From IMG/VR virus record IMGVR_UViG_3300044655_001100, positions 1 through 64,000 of that record: DNA of 64,000 nucleotides. One strand, 5' to 3'. Positions 30,615 to 40,097 of the stretch are shown here, in pieces. The notes beneath the pieces were generated by a model, which did not search any database, had not been told where the DNA came from, and was given only the letters and a program-made list of their open reading frames with translations. The translations under genes were made by a program, and so were the position numbers. Origin of the DNA: a virus. The stretch's first letter is position 1. Each line of letters begins with the position of its first letter.

Positions 30615-32845
30615 TGGCTGCTCCTTGGGAAAAATACCAACAGCAAGAGGCGCCATCTGAGGCACCAGCTGAGGCGGCTCCAGAAGCTCCCACAGAGGAA
30701 ACTGCTCCAGTAGAGGCTGCACCAGCCCCTACGGTTGAGGCTGCTCCAGAGACTGCAGGCCCGTGGACTAAATATCAAACAAAAGAAGCTCCTCCAGTTC
30801 AGGAAAGAACTGAGCCTGTTGCTGAAGCCCCAGTAGATACCGAAGAAGCATGGAAAAAGTCTGCTCAAGAACATCCCTATCTTGGTAGGGCAGCGGCAGC
30901 CTTAGAGGGTGCTGGAAGTTATATTCCATTCCGCAAAGACATATCGGCTGGATTACATGCTTTAACTGATTTCGGTGAAGGGTCTTTTGGAGAAAAGTTC
31001 AGTAGGGCTAAAAATGCTCAGACAAGAGCTCAGAAAGCTCTAGAGTCTGCATATCCTGGGGCATACTTCGCTGGCAACGTTGCTCCTATGTTTATACCGG
31101 GAGTTGGTGAAGGCTTAGCTGGGGCTGAAGGAGCTCTTGCCGCTGGAGCCTCTAAGTTACCCTTACTCAGCAAAGCACCACAGCTTGCGGGAGCCGTTGG
31201 CCTAAATGCCGCTATGGGCGCCGCTCAAGGTATTGGCGAGGGTGAAGGTAGCGAAAGGCTGAAGAACGCTGCTATGGCCGCCGGAGTTGGTGGCCTTGGT
31301 GGTGGTCTAATGCACGGGGCTGGACAGGCGTTTAATGCTGTTATGGGGCCAGCTACTAAAACAGCAACTCAAGAAGCTGCTGAAAGACTTGGAATTAAAG
31401 CTCCTAGATTTATTACAAGTGAATCTCCGACTCAACAGCAATTAGCTGCGACGGTGAAAGAAACGCCACTTGGTCTTGGATCTGCAATTGATAAATCTTA
31501 TGAGAAATTGCATGAAGATCTAGGAACTAAACTATTAGATGTTGCTGGTGCTCATGGAGCTAATGAAAAGACAGCTGGTGAATCAATACGTCAAGGTGTT
31601 CGTGGATGGGTAGGACCAAGAACAAAAGGTGTATTAAGTAAGGCATATCAAGCAGTAGAACAACATATTGATCCGTCGGTACAAACACCATTAAGCAATC
31701 TTCAAACTACATTTAAGAAAATGCAGGATGAAAATGTTAGAGCTGGTCTGGCTAAGACAAGTCCTACTATGAAGATTGTTGAAGAGGCTCAAAAGAGACA
31801 AAATGGTCTTACATACGAAGGTATTAATAAACTAAGAAAGACTTTAGGTGAAAAATACAAGGCTGCTTATAAAGACCCAACAATCAGTTCAACAGAACTT
31901 GATCGACTTTATGGTGCATTAAAAGAAGATCAGGGATTGGCTATTAAAAGAGCGGATATTAGTGGATCTGGCCGTGCAACAAGAACTTTTGAAAGAGCAA
32001 ATACCCTTGCTCAAAATATTAAAGATAAACGTGCGTATTTGCAAAAAATAACTGGTGTAAGCGAAACATCAAAATCAGATGAAGCTATATACAATCAGTT
32101 AGCCAATATGGCTAAGGGTAAAACTGGCGATGAGAAACGCATAGCTGCCGCTCGATCAGTAATGAGCCCTGCAGAATGGCGGGATGTTACTGGTGCTGTT
32201 GTTAATAATCTAGGCAGAGGATCAGATAACGCATTCTCCCCAGAAAGATTTATAACTGAATACGGTAAATTATCTGATGCTGGTAAAAATGCTTTATTTG
32301 GCCCTGCATCAAATCCTTTGAGACAAAATCTTGAGGATATAACCACAATAGCCAGAACAGTTAAGCAGAGTGGTAAATACATTAATAGGTCTAAAACCGC
32401 CCATGTTTTGAACAGCTTAAATATGTTGGGCAATATAGGAAAATGGGGTGGCGCCGCTATTGGTGGCTTGGGTGTAGAGGAAGCCGCTAGGGGTAAGCCA
32501 GAGGGACTTGGGACTGAGATTGGTGGGGCATTGTTGCTTTCATCATTATTGTCTTCTCCAAGAGGCTCTGGAGCCATTTTAAACTATATGAGAAACGCCA
32601 CACCTATGGCGGCTCAAGGACTTTTAAACGAAGCAAGAGTGCAAGCCGGTATGTCAAATCCAGATAGAGAGAATCGAGCGTCGGGTGGTAAGGTAGATAA
32701 GCGGGATTATCCAGCCAAGCGGCTTACCCGCATGGAGAGAGCTCTGAAGAGAGCACAAGACGCATTAGCAGAAGAAACAAAACCTATTATGCAAATGCCT
32801 GACAGTCATGTTGCTCATGCTCTTGAAATAGCAAAAGATAAATAG
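30614..32845 (+). CDS. Second ejection/internal virion protein
   Basis: TAATG coupling; PWEKY motifs, Ala/Gly-rich hydrophobic segments; terminal RASGGKV. Confidence 0.7.
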   Translation: MAAPWEKYQQQEAPSEAPAEAAPEAPTEETAPVEAAPAPTVEAAPETAGPWTKYQTKEAPPVQERTEPVAEAPVDTEEAWKKSAQEHPYLGRAAAALEGAGSYIPFRKDISAGLHALTDFGEGSFGEKFSRAKNAQTRAQKALESAYPGAYFAGNVAPMFIPGVGEGLAGAEGALAAGASKLPLLSKAPQLAGAVGLNAAMGAAQGIGEGEGSERLKNAAMAAGVGGLGGGLMHGAGQAFNAVMGPATKTATQEAAERLGIKAPRFITSESPTQQQLAATVKETPLGLGSAIDKSYEKLHEDLGTKLLDVAGAHGANEKTAGESIRQGVRGWVGPRTKGVLSKAYQAVEQHIDPSVQTPLSNLQTTFKKMQDENVRAGLAKTSPTMKIVEEAQKRQNGLTYEGINKLRKTLGEKYKAAYKDPTISSTELDRLYGALKEDQGLAIKRADISGSGRATRTFERANTLAQNIKDKRAYLQKITGVSETSKSDEAIYNQLANMAKGKTGDEKRIAAARSVMSPAEWRDVTGAVVNNLGRGSDNAFSPERFITEYGKLSDAGKNALFGPASNPLRQNLEDITTIARTVKQSGKYINRSKTAHVLNSLNMLGNIGKWGGAAIGGLGVEEAARGKPEGLGTEIGGALLLSSLLSSPRGSGAILNYMRNATPMAAQGLLNEARVQAGMSNPDRENRASGGKVDKRDYPAKRLTRMERALKRAQDALAEETKPIMQMPDSHVAHALEIAKDK

Positions 32846-32858
32846 AAGGAATACGACT

Positions 32859-33806
32859 TTGGTTAATTCATTTTCTGACGGAAAAGGTCAGTTAGTTGAA
32901 CCTCCATATGGTAGTTACGTGGATAGCTGGCAATTACCAGTTAACAGTAACTTTGGCCTAACAGATGCATTAGTATCTGGAACGACGACTATTAATGTTG
33001 CAACCATACCTATATCAACGCCGTTTGTAACATTAGTTTTTCAAAACTTTGATACATCGCCAACACCTTGGCAGGTTCCATTAGCTGGCCAGAATCTTAG
33101 AATTGTTTTAACGGGAACTCTTGCATTTAATATCATTCTTTATATCCCTGCAAATACCCCTGGCATGTGGATAATTGATAATCAAACAAATGGCGCATTT
33201 GCAGTTACTGTTAAAACAACGGCAACCGCTTCTACTGGCGTCAATCCACCACAAGGGTATATGAGTTATATATTCTGTGATGGAACGAATGTTGATTGGG
33301 CAGATGCTGGAGGCGTTATAGCCAATCTTCCTGCTGCTATCCCACCAGGAGTAATTCAGGCGTATGCAGGAGGAAGTATTCCTGCAGGATGGTTGTATTG
33401 TGATGGAGCGGGTGTATCAAGAAATACATATGCTGCTTTATTTGCAGCCATAGGAACAATATGGGGTGTCGGAGACGGATCAACAACGTTTAATATCCCC
33501 AATTTTGTAGGCATGTTTTTGAGGGGAGCCAATAATGGTGGACCTGCCTTAGGTGTATTTCAGGACCAATCTTTCGCTTCTCATTCGCACCCAGCATCTT
33601 CATCGGATGCAGGTCATACTCACGGAATGCTCAATACAGGCCCTAACGCTAATGGTGGCGGCGCTGGCTGGCTTGTAAACCCAGAGAGAAATACAGGCTT
33701 AAATACGCTTACTGGATATGCTAACATTTCAACGACGGTAGGCGCATCAGGAGGACCAGAAACAAGACCCGTGAACTTTGGTGTATATTACATGATTAAA
33801 ACATAA
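32859..33806 (+). CDS. Tail collar-domain short fibre
   Basis: IPPGVI..YAG..IPAGWLYCDG...YAALFAAIG; HSH/HTH; ETRPVN. Confidence 0.85.
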   Translation: MVNSFSDGKGQLVEPPYGSYVDSWQLPVNSNFGLTDALVSGTTTINVATIPISTPFVTLVFQNFDTSPTPWQVPLAGQNLRIVLTGTLAFNIILYIPANTPGMWIIDNQTNGAFAVTVKTTATASTGVNPPQGYMSYIFCDGTNVDWADAGGVIANLPAAIPPGVIQAYAGGSIPAGWLYCDGAGVSRNTYAALFAAIGTIWGVGDGSTTFNIPNFVGMFLRGANNGGPALGVFQDQSFASHSHPASSSDAGHTHGMLNTGPNANGGGAGWLVNPERNTGLNTLTGYANISTTVGASGGPETRPVNFGVYYMIKT

Positions 33807-33817
33807 AAGGTTGTGTT

Positions 33818-34396
33818 GTGCAGATATTTGATGATTTTTTAAATCCTAAAAATGCAAATTCCGTAGAAAGTTTACTTTGCTCTCCGGATTTTGAATGGTT
33901 TTTCCTAAGTTTCGGGACATGCCCTTCAGAGCATTTAAATATGAAACCAGAGTATGCAGTCCATGACAGGCCGCAATTTTCACATGCGTTTTATACAGGT
34001 AATGTTGTCAATTCTTCTCATTATCGTCATGTAAAATGCATTGTAGAATCTTTAGAACAAAAAACAGGAAAAAGTTTCTTTGACAAAATGTATCGTCTAA
34101 AATCCAACCTTCTTTTAAAAGATGAGAATTTTGGGAAAAACGATCATCATTTTCCGCACACTGATATATCTGATGGTATGTCCCTTATTTATTATGTAAA
34201 TGATAGCGACGGAGATACATTTTTGTTTAACGAAAAAGATATCAGTGATACTTTAACATTATCGCATAGGATAAGCCCTAAGAGGAATAGGGCAATATTG
34301 TTTGATTCAAGTAAACTTCACGCCAGTTCTTCTCCAAAGATATCTAAATATAGATTAGTTGTTAACATTGTTTTTAAAAATTACGGAGAGGTTTAA
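33818..34396 (+). CDS. 2OG-Fe(II) oxygenase
   Basis: PHTD...YYVNDSDGDT...NRAILFD...HASS...RLVVN. Confidence 0.8.
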   Translation: MQIFDDFLNPKNANSVESLLCSPDFEWFFLSFGTCPSEHLNMKPEYAVHDRPQFSHAFYTGNVVNSSHYRHVKCIVESLEQKTGKSFFDKMYRLKSNLLLKDENFGKNDHHFPHTDISDGMSLIYYVNDSDGDTFLFNEKDISDTLTLSHRISPKRNRAILFDSSKLHASSSPKISKYRLVVNIVFKNYGEV

Positions 34397-34989
34397 TGTT
34401 AAAATCTCCGCAAAATATGAGTTGGCCTTTTTACGGAGATCATGTCCACAATTATGCCTATTATGACAATGTTTTTAATCATAGTGAAATACAATTTATT
34501 ATTGACCATGCAAAAAAATATGAATTAGAAAAAGCAAAATTAGAAAATAATAACGAGCAAGCGTCGATAAGAGACAATGAGATTGTTTTTATTGGGCCAC
34601 AGGGAATTGAATGGCTTTTTGAGCGTTTAACACAAGCTTGCCATGAAATGAATGATAAATTCTTTCGATTTGATATATTTGGTTTGGCAGAAGGTTTACA
34701 ATTTACGCAATATACGGCCCCAGGCCAGCACTATAAAATTCATATGGACAAGTTGTTTCAAAGAAATGTCCGTAAGTTAAGCATTGTTATTCAGCTTACA
34801 GACGAAAATGAATATGAAGGCGGCGATCTTGAGCTTGTTCTTGGCGCTGGAGACGATACTGTAAAGATGCCTCGTAAAAAGGGCAAGCTGATCATGTTTC
34901 CTAGTTACATCATCCATCAAGTTACGCCTATTACCAAAGGGCAAAGGCATAGTTTGGTAGGGTGGATAACAGGGAAGCCATTTGTATGA
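34396..34989 (+). CDS. 2OG-Fe(II) oxygenase (prolyl-4-hydroxylase/PKHD type)
   Basis: HMD...RKLS...YEGGDL...FPSY..HQVTP..KG.R.SLVGW. Confidence 0.85.
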   Translation: MLKSPQNMSWPFYGDHVHNYAYYDNVFNHSEIQFIIDHAKKYELEKAKLENNNEQASIRDNEIVFIGPQGIEWLFERLTQACHEMNDKFFRFDIFGLAEGLQFTQYTAPGQHYKIHMDKLFQRNVRKLSIVIQLTDENEYEGGDLELVLGAGDDTVKMPRKKGKLIMFPSYIIHQVTPITKGQRHSLVGWITGKPFV

Positions 34990-35114
34990 TGCATCCCGAT
35001 CACTTCGACTTCATTATAAAAATGATGAAGGCGTTCTTGATTGCATCTATATGCATATACTCATTTAAACTTGGACGCACAGTTTATGTCTTGTATATGA
35101 TGGGGGATTATTAA
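34986..35114 (+). CDS. Small hydrophobic protein (42 aa)
   Basis: Own translation MMHPDHFDFIIKMMKAFLIASICIYSFK...; overlaps the upstream stop and abuts the lysin ATG. Confidence 0.4.
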   Translation: MMHPDHFDFIIKMMKAFLIASICIYSFKLGRTVYVLYMMGDY

Positions 35115-35618
35115 ATGAAAGAGAATTATGCACAGGCCTTAAAACAGGTCTTAAAGTACGAAGGTGGAAAAGTTGACGACCCCAGAGATCCCGGTGGCCG
35201 CACTGCTTTTGGCATCACCCAGGATACTTACGATGCATGGCGCAAGAAACAAAACTTGCCGACAGTTGATGTATTTACGATCAGTCAGGCAGATGTGGCG
35301 GCCATTTACCGCCAAGAATATTGGGATCGTATTCGTGGAGATGATTTGCCCTCTGGCGTTGATTTTGCTGTGTTCGATTATGCAGTAAACTCAGGCGTCA
35401 GTCGTGCAGCTAAAACCCTTCAAGCGGTCGTTGGCGTTACGCAGGACGGTCAGATCGGCCCAGCTACCATACAAGCCGCTAAAACGTATGTGGCTATGAC
35501 AGTCACTAATAGACGCCTTGCTTTCATGCAAAGCCTGTCGATCTGGTCAACGTTTGGTAGGGGCTGGTCGGCACGAATAGCGGATGTAAAGAACCAGATT
35601 ATTGCTCTCACTAAATAG
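35115..35618 (+). CDS. Endolysin, glycosyl hydrolase family 108
   Basis: EGG..DDPRDPGG.T..GIT; FDYAVNSG; DGQIGP.T; FGRGW..R. Confidence 0.92.
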   Translation: MKENYAQALKQVLKYEGGKVDDPRDPGGRTAFGITQDTYDAWRKKQNLPTVDVFTISQADVAAIYRQEYWDRIRGDDLPSGVDFAVFDYAVNSGVSRAAKTLQAVVGVTQDGQIGPATIQAAKTYVAMTVTNRRLAFMQSLSIWSTFGRGWSARIADVKNQIIALTK

Positions 35619-35628
35619 GGAGGATGAT

Positions 35629-35772
35629 ATGCTGAAGGATGACATCAGATGGGCTCTATGGGCCATTGTTTTCACTTTGGCTATCTTTGGCACCGCTATG
35701 TTAGCTGGATGCAGCGAATTAAAATATGCTGAATGTTTGGCTAGAGACAACACACGTAACCCATGTCAATAG
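35629..35772 (+). CDS. Small lipoprotein (47 aa)
   Basis: GGAGG SD; MLKDDIRWALWAIVFTLAIFGTAMLAGC lipobox. Confidence 0.6.
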   Translation: MLKDDIRWALWAIVFTLAIFGTAMLAGCSELKYAECLARDNTRNPCQ

Positions 35773-35781
35773 GAGATTATA

Positions 35782-35949
35782 ATGGGAATTTTTAAAAACC
35801 TTCTCACAACTATCCCTGGTATCTTAACGTTGCTTTCCGTTGCTTACCAATCTTGGCAGACTAAAACAATTGACTGGCCAGCTATGCAGAATGCTCTTGT
35901 TGGGGTTGGCTTGGTGTTCGCCAAGGATTATAATGTTGTTGGTAAATGA
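35782..35949 (+). CDS. Putative holin (55 aa)
   Basis: AGGAG SD; KNLLTTIPGILTLL...GVGLVFAKD, two hydrophobic segments. Confidence 0.6.
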   Translation: MGIFKNLLTTIPGILTLLSVAYQSWQTKTIDWPAMQNALVGVGLVFAKDYNVVGK

Positions 35950-36188
35950 TAAGCGTTATATTATCAATCATATCTTCCCTGTTTTCTTTGGCAGGGAAGG
36001 TATTTGATTTCTTATATGCCAAGCAACTGACGGATGCTGGAAAGGCAGAACAACAAGTTGCTGATCTAAAGGCCCAGATAGATGCTGCTCATAAGGCGTT
36101 ACAAGCTAGGATTGTTGCTGAGCGTGACGCTTCCGCTAATCCTGACGGGGTGTCAAACGACGACGATGGATTCAAGCGTCCAGACTGA
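35946..36188 (+). CDS. i-spanin (Rz-like)
   Basis: N-terminal TM segment plus coiled coil, in the lysis cassette. Confidence 0.7.
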   Translation: MISVILSIISSLFSLAGKVFDFLYAKQLTDAGKAEQQVADLKAQIDAAHKALQARIVAERDASANPDGVSNDDDGFKRPD

Positions 36189-36315
36189 TGAATGCTTAAT
36201 ATTTAAGCCTATTACATGGAGTTCCAAGGATACTAAGCCTACAGTTGTTCAAGTGAAGTCTCATAATGCTGCTGGTAAAGCTGCTTGTAATTGGGGCAAG
36301 AAAACAAATGGATAA
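36082..36315 (+). CDS. o-spanin (Rz1-like lipoprotein) overlapping the i-spanin
   Basis: LPLILTGC lipobox; C..F.PI.WS.KDT...HN...C. Confidence 0.75.
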   Translation: MLLIRRYKLGLLLSVTLPLILTGCQTTTMDSSVQTDECLIFKPITWSSKDTKPTVVQVKSHNAAGKAACNWGKKTNG

Positions 36316-36517
36316 AAAAACATATATAATGATTTTAATTATATTTTTATCATGGGCATTTATTTTATTAATTGTAAAAAATAATTATTCTACAAGAGAT
36401 TATATTACTCCAGAAGAAGAAAGCGCATTAACTTTTATCAGATAAAATGATATAATCTTTTTTAAATTACTAATAATATTCACTAGCACATAAATAACAA
36501 TCCAAAAGGAATGCAAA

Positions 36518-37621
36518 GTGCCAACACCCTCCGTGTCTGCTGAAGAACTTCAGCTTACTTATGATTTATACCAATCTTTGGGTAATGCTATTGCTGTGGG
36601 GATTAGGCTTGGCATTTCTAAAAGCGCAGTTAATAGAAGACTTCAAAAATATGAGGAGGGTAAAACAAAATTCACAGCGCCAAAGCTTCCGTCGAAAAGC
36701 CGTGACATTGAACAATTGATCAAAGATCGGATTGAAGAAAGTAGGAGAGCTAAAAATGCAGATGCTTCCAGAGATCTCATTCGCATTCCTGTACACATTG
36801 ATGGCCCATTTGGTCTACTCATACTTGGCGACCCACACGTTGATGATGCGGGTTGCGACTTCGAATTGCTTGCGCAACACAGGCAAATAATCAAAGACCA
36901 TCCATTCATTCTGGGAGCATCTGTTGGTGACTATCAGAATGGATGGATAGGAAGATTGGGTGCTTTGTATGGTGAGCAGCAAACAACAAGTAAAGAAGCG
37001 TGGAAGCTGGTGGATTGGCTGGTTAGCGAAATTAAGTGGCTTTTTCTTATTGCTGGTAATCACGATTTATGGGCAGGTGTGGGTGATCCACTGGAGTGGA
37101 TTGCAGCCCAGCAAGGTAGTCTCTACGAGCCGCACGGTGTCCGCATCGAATTGCATCACCCATGTGGGGCCAAGACAAGGGTTCACGCGAGGCACGATTT
37201 CCCTGGAACGTCGATTTACAGCCAGCTGCATGGACCACGCCGTGAAGCAATAATGGGTTATAGAGATGATTTAATTATATGTGGACATAAACATACAGGA
37301 GCATGTGAAACGTTTGTCACTCCTGACGGAAATGTATGTCAAATTGTCAGAGTATCTGGATATAAAGTTGCAGATTCCTATGCAAAACAACTGGGTTTAA
37401 AGAAGCATAATATTTTTCCTGGGGCGCTTTGCATAATAGATCCATCCGCTCCAAATACTTCACCAAATCGTGTTTTTACTGCCCCAAGCGTGGAGAAAGG
37501 TGTTATTATTTTAAACGCTCTCAGAGCAGATTTCGAGTCATCACGGGGCATTTCCAATGTGCAAAAACACAAACAAAAAACTCGTTCAAAACAACAACTT
37601 AGTCGGCGGAATTCACGATAA
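36518..37621 (+). CDS. Calcineurin-like metallophosphoesterase with N-terminal HTH
   Basis: GDPH, GD, GNHD, H, GHKH motifs. Confidence 0.85.
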   Translation: MPTPSVSAEELQLTYDLYQSLGNAIAVGIRLGISKSAVNRRLQKYEEGKTKFTAPKLPSKSRDIEQLIKDRIEESRRAKNADASRDLIRIPVHIDGPFGLLILGDPHVDDAGCDFELLAQHRQIIKDHPFILGASVGDYQNGWIGRLGALYGEQQTTSKEAWKLVDWLVSEIKWLFLIAGNHDLWAGVGDPLEWIAAQQGSLYEPHGVRIELHHPCGAKTRVHARHDFPGTSIYSQLHGPRREAIMGYRDDLIICGHKHTGACETFVTPDGNVCQIVRVSGYKVADSYAKQLGLKKHNIFPGALCIIDPSAPNTSPNRVFTAPSVEKGVIILNALRADFESSRGISNVQKHKQKTRSKQQLSRRNSR

Positions 37622-37832
37622 AATATTAATTGAAAACGAATCAAATTTATCCGATGCGTATAATGATGCATGTGTTTGGATTGCTGAATTACAATTACAA
37701 ATAGATACTCTTAAAGCAAAGGTATCATCAGGTTACGTACGTCACGATACTTCCAAAATAAAATGGAAATCTAAGAGTATGGTTCCAGCCGTTGATGCAG
37801 GTGATAGCTGGATAGATACTGGAAAACTTTAA
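37557..37832 (+). CDS. Hypothetical protein
   Basis: ORF with coiled coil; start uncertain. Confidence 0.45.
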   Translation: MCKNTNKKLVQNNNLVGGIHDKILIENESNLSDAYNDACVWIAELQLQIDTLKAKVSSGYVRHDTSKIKWKSKSMVPAVDAGDSWIDTGKL

Positions 37833-37833
37833 T

Positions 37834-38346
37834 ATGATAACACAAGAATATTTAAAATCTGCGTTAAAATATAATCCAGATACAGGTGAGTTTTTTTGGA
37901 AATATCGTGAAGATATGCCGAAACAATGGAATTCTCTTTGGTCGGGAAAAAAAATAATAGGAAGAAGATGTAAACGAGGTTATTTGTATATATCAATATG
38001 CAATAAAAGATATGGAGCACACAGATTAGCATTTTTATATGTAAATGGCTGGTTACCAACAGAAGTTGATCATATTGATGCTAATGGAAAAAAGGACGAT
38101 AACCGAATAAAAAATTTAAGGTCGGCATCAAGTATTGAAAACAAAAATAATGTAGGAATTAGAAAGAACAGTACTAGCGGTTTCAAGGGAGTTTGTTGGC
38201 ATAAGGGTGCTAATGGATGGATATCTCGCATTAGGGTTGATTCAAAAAGGATTAATCTTGGTATTTTTGATTGCCCAGCCGCAGCATCATTTGCCTATCA
38301 AGTAGCTTCAAATATTCATCACGGTGAGTTTGGTAGAATTGTTTAG
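37834..38346 (+). CDS. HNH endonuclease with AP2-like domain
   Basis: YNPDTG; AHRLAF...VDHID...DNRI.NLR...N; SGFKGV...LG.F. Confidence 0.9.
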   Translation: MITQEYLKSALKYNPDTGEFFWKYREDMPKQWNSLWSGKKIIGRRCKRGYLYISICNKRYGAHRLAFLYVNGWLPTEVDHIDANGKKDDNRIKNLRSASSIENKNNVGIRKNSTSGFKGVCWHKGANGWISRIRVDSKRINLGIFDCPAAASFAYQVASNIHHGEFGRIV

Positions 38347-38364
38347 TTTAATACGGGGGTTATA

Positions 38365-38595
38365 ATGGCGGATGATGGGTTTGAATTTATCGAAACTCCT
38401 GACGGTAATACGATGATGTTGGAGGATAGAATAACAGCAAGAGTAAATGCGTATATTCAGTTAATGCATACTGTCCGGAATATGAAAGAAGATGAATTAG
38501 TAGCAGAGGGGATGCGCATGTTAGAGCGAATTCGCCTCTCTATTCACATTACACCTGAAAGAGATGTTGCTGTTATGAAGGGTGGTAAATCATAA
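38365..38595 (+). CDS. Hypothetical protein
   Basis: GGGGG SD; last gene of the + arm. Confidence 0.5.
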   Translation: MADDGFEFIETPDGNTMMLEDRITARVNAYIQLMHTVRNMKEDELVAEGMRMLERIRLSIHITPERDVAVMKGGKS

Positions 38596-38598
38596 AAA

Positions 38599-38674
38599 TG
38601 GTGCCCGTTAAGAGATTCGAACTCCTGACCTACTGATTACAAATCAGTTGCGCTACCAGCTGCGCTAAACGGGC
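38599..38674 (-). tRNA. trnT: tRNA-Thr (TGT)
   Basis: GCCCGTT acceptor stem, ACTGA-TTTGTAA-TCAGT anticodon arm, GTTCGAAT T-loop, encoded CCA, 76 nt. Confidence 0.95.
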
Positions 38675-38675
38675 A

Positions 38676-38849
38676 TTACTCTTTATCTTTTTCTTTAACT
38701 ATCCCTAGTTCTTTTTCAAGAACTTTTATTTCTTCACGCAGACGGACGATCTCATCTCTAGCATCGCCAAGCATTTGCTCATGGGCGCTTAACAAAGAGC
38801 GTCCATTTAGTCGGCAGTCAATTCTTCTGACTATATCAATCACGGGCAT
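38676..38849 (-). CDS. Hypothetical coiled-coil protein
   Basis: DIVRR...DARDEIVRLR; ATG at 38849. Confidence 0.5.
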   Translation of the reverse strand: MPVIDIVRRIDCRLNGRSLLSAHEQMLGDARDEIVRLREEIKVLEKELGIVKEKDKE

Positions 38850-38934
38850 TTGAGACAAAAAGCCATACTAGGAAAGCAGCGAAGCTCCCCCCACTTATGG
38901 CAATTGCCCAAGAAAGTAAATCGCTGTCGCTCAC
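38836..38934 (-). CDS. Small membrane peptide (32 aa)
   Basis: GTG start overlapping the upstream stop; WAIAISGGSFAAFLVWLFV. Confidence 0.35.
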   Translation of the reverse strand: MSDSDLLSWAIAISGGSFAAFLVWLFVSNARD

Positions 38935-39536
38935 GCATTGACCCTAGTAGCAGTTGCTTCCCAAATAACGCTCTCTACTAACTTGGTCGGGTCTGTAGCA
39001 TCCTGTGTAATGAATTGCGTAGCCACAGGGCCAAGTCCCAGCTGCATCCAGTATCGAGCTCCAGTTGCTGGCTTACCATTCCAAGACTGTAGATAGCTGA
39101 AGACTAGGACGTTATCGTATGTAACCCCAGCAGCAGTGTAAGATGTAAGAAGCTGCTCAAAAGCCACAATCTGATCGCCGCAACTCGTGGCTGGTGGCCA
39201 GCATTTAAAGAAGTCAAACTGTGGGAAGTTCTGATATGTGCTTCCAATGGCTTGAAATTCTCCCCAACCAATCGCAGGTGAGAGGACGACCTTTTTGTTG
39301 TTGGGATAGTCATCTCGCCACTCCGCAATCCCAAATCCTGGGTTATAACGGTAATACCATCTATTTAGCCATGTTAAATTGGCATCGTAATTATTATAGA
39401 GAATGCTATCGCTGCCAACGTCATAACTGAAGACACTGGTGAAATTAGGAGCCCCTTCAGCCTTATAATCAAACCTTCTTAGCTCATGGGTTTTGAATAA
39501 AGGCCAATAGGCGGGTACAAAAATAGGGTTGCTCAT
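38931..39536 (-). CDS. Hypothetical aromatic-rich protein
   Basis: 201-aa ORF with GGAG SD. Confidence 0.65.
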   Translation of the reverse strand: MSNPIFVPAYWPLFKTHELRRFDYKAEGAPNFTSVFSYDVGSDSILYNNYDANLTWLNRWYYRYNPGFGIAEWRDDYPNNKKVVLSPAIGWGEFQAIGSTYQNFPQFDFFKCWPPATSCGDQIVAFEQLLTSYTAAGVTYDNVLVFSYLQSWNGKPATGARYWMQLGLGPVATQFITQDATDPTKLVESVIWEATATRVNA

Positions 39537-39904
39537 GGTATCTCCGTTTGAAAAACAATACCTTTTTCAAAAGCTTTTTTCAACTTTAATAGTTTTATTT
39601 GCCTATTTCTTCTAGCATGAACCAATTGCGTAGACCGGCAAATCTTTTCCAATCTATCATCATAATATCGGCCTTTGGTAGCCGCCATCTTTTTATGTAA
39701 ATATAAGCAGGACGTATGGTCAAGATTAAGGATTTTGCCTAATTGCGGGTAAGATGGTGGTTTCTCACTGTTCCTTAATTCATATATTATTTTAGCCCTA
39801 GCAGCTGTAATAGCTATATCTCTTCTTGCCCTAGATAATATAGCTTCTTTAGGCATATTATAATTCTTAGCTGTTTCATCTATTATTTTCTTAATTCTGC
39901 TCAT
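39533..39904 (-). CDS. DnaA domain IV (DnaA_C)-like HTH protein
   Basis: I...A..Y......ILS..R....AR..IY.LR....SYPQLG..L..DHTS. Confidence 0.7.
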   Translation of the reverse strand: MSRIKKIIDETAKNYNMPKEAILSRARRDIAITAARAKIIYELRNSEKPPSYPQLGKILNLDHTSCLYLHKKMAATKGRYYDDRLEKICRSTQLVHARRNRQIKLLKLKKAFEKGIVFQTEIP

Positions 39905-40097
39905 TTTTAACCAACCCCAAATGCTTCCAACGTTTTCCTAATTTTATCGCTGATATTGTTCGTTGATTTATACCAAACTCTATAGCTAATGCTTCTTGCT
40001 TCTCACCATCATTTGCACGTTTAAAAATCTGTCTAATTTGCCACTCTTTTAACTTGTGATTTGCATGTTGCTCACCACGTACGCCACACAGACTCAT
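39891..40097 (-). CDS. Stand-alone DNA-binding HTH resembling an HNH endonuclease C-terminus
   Basis: GEQH..HKL...Q..LA..FGI....IS.I..GK.WKH. Confidence 0.55.
   Translation of the reverse strand: MSLCGVRGEQHANHKLKEWQIRQIFKRANDGEKQEALAIEFGINQRTISAIKLGKRWKHLGLVKNEQN

Noticed and set aside
38599-38674. tRNA as an attachment site or prophage boundary
   Set aside because: Phage genes lie on both sides; no integrase or duplicated tRNA 3' end was seen.
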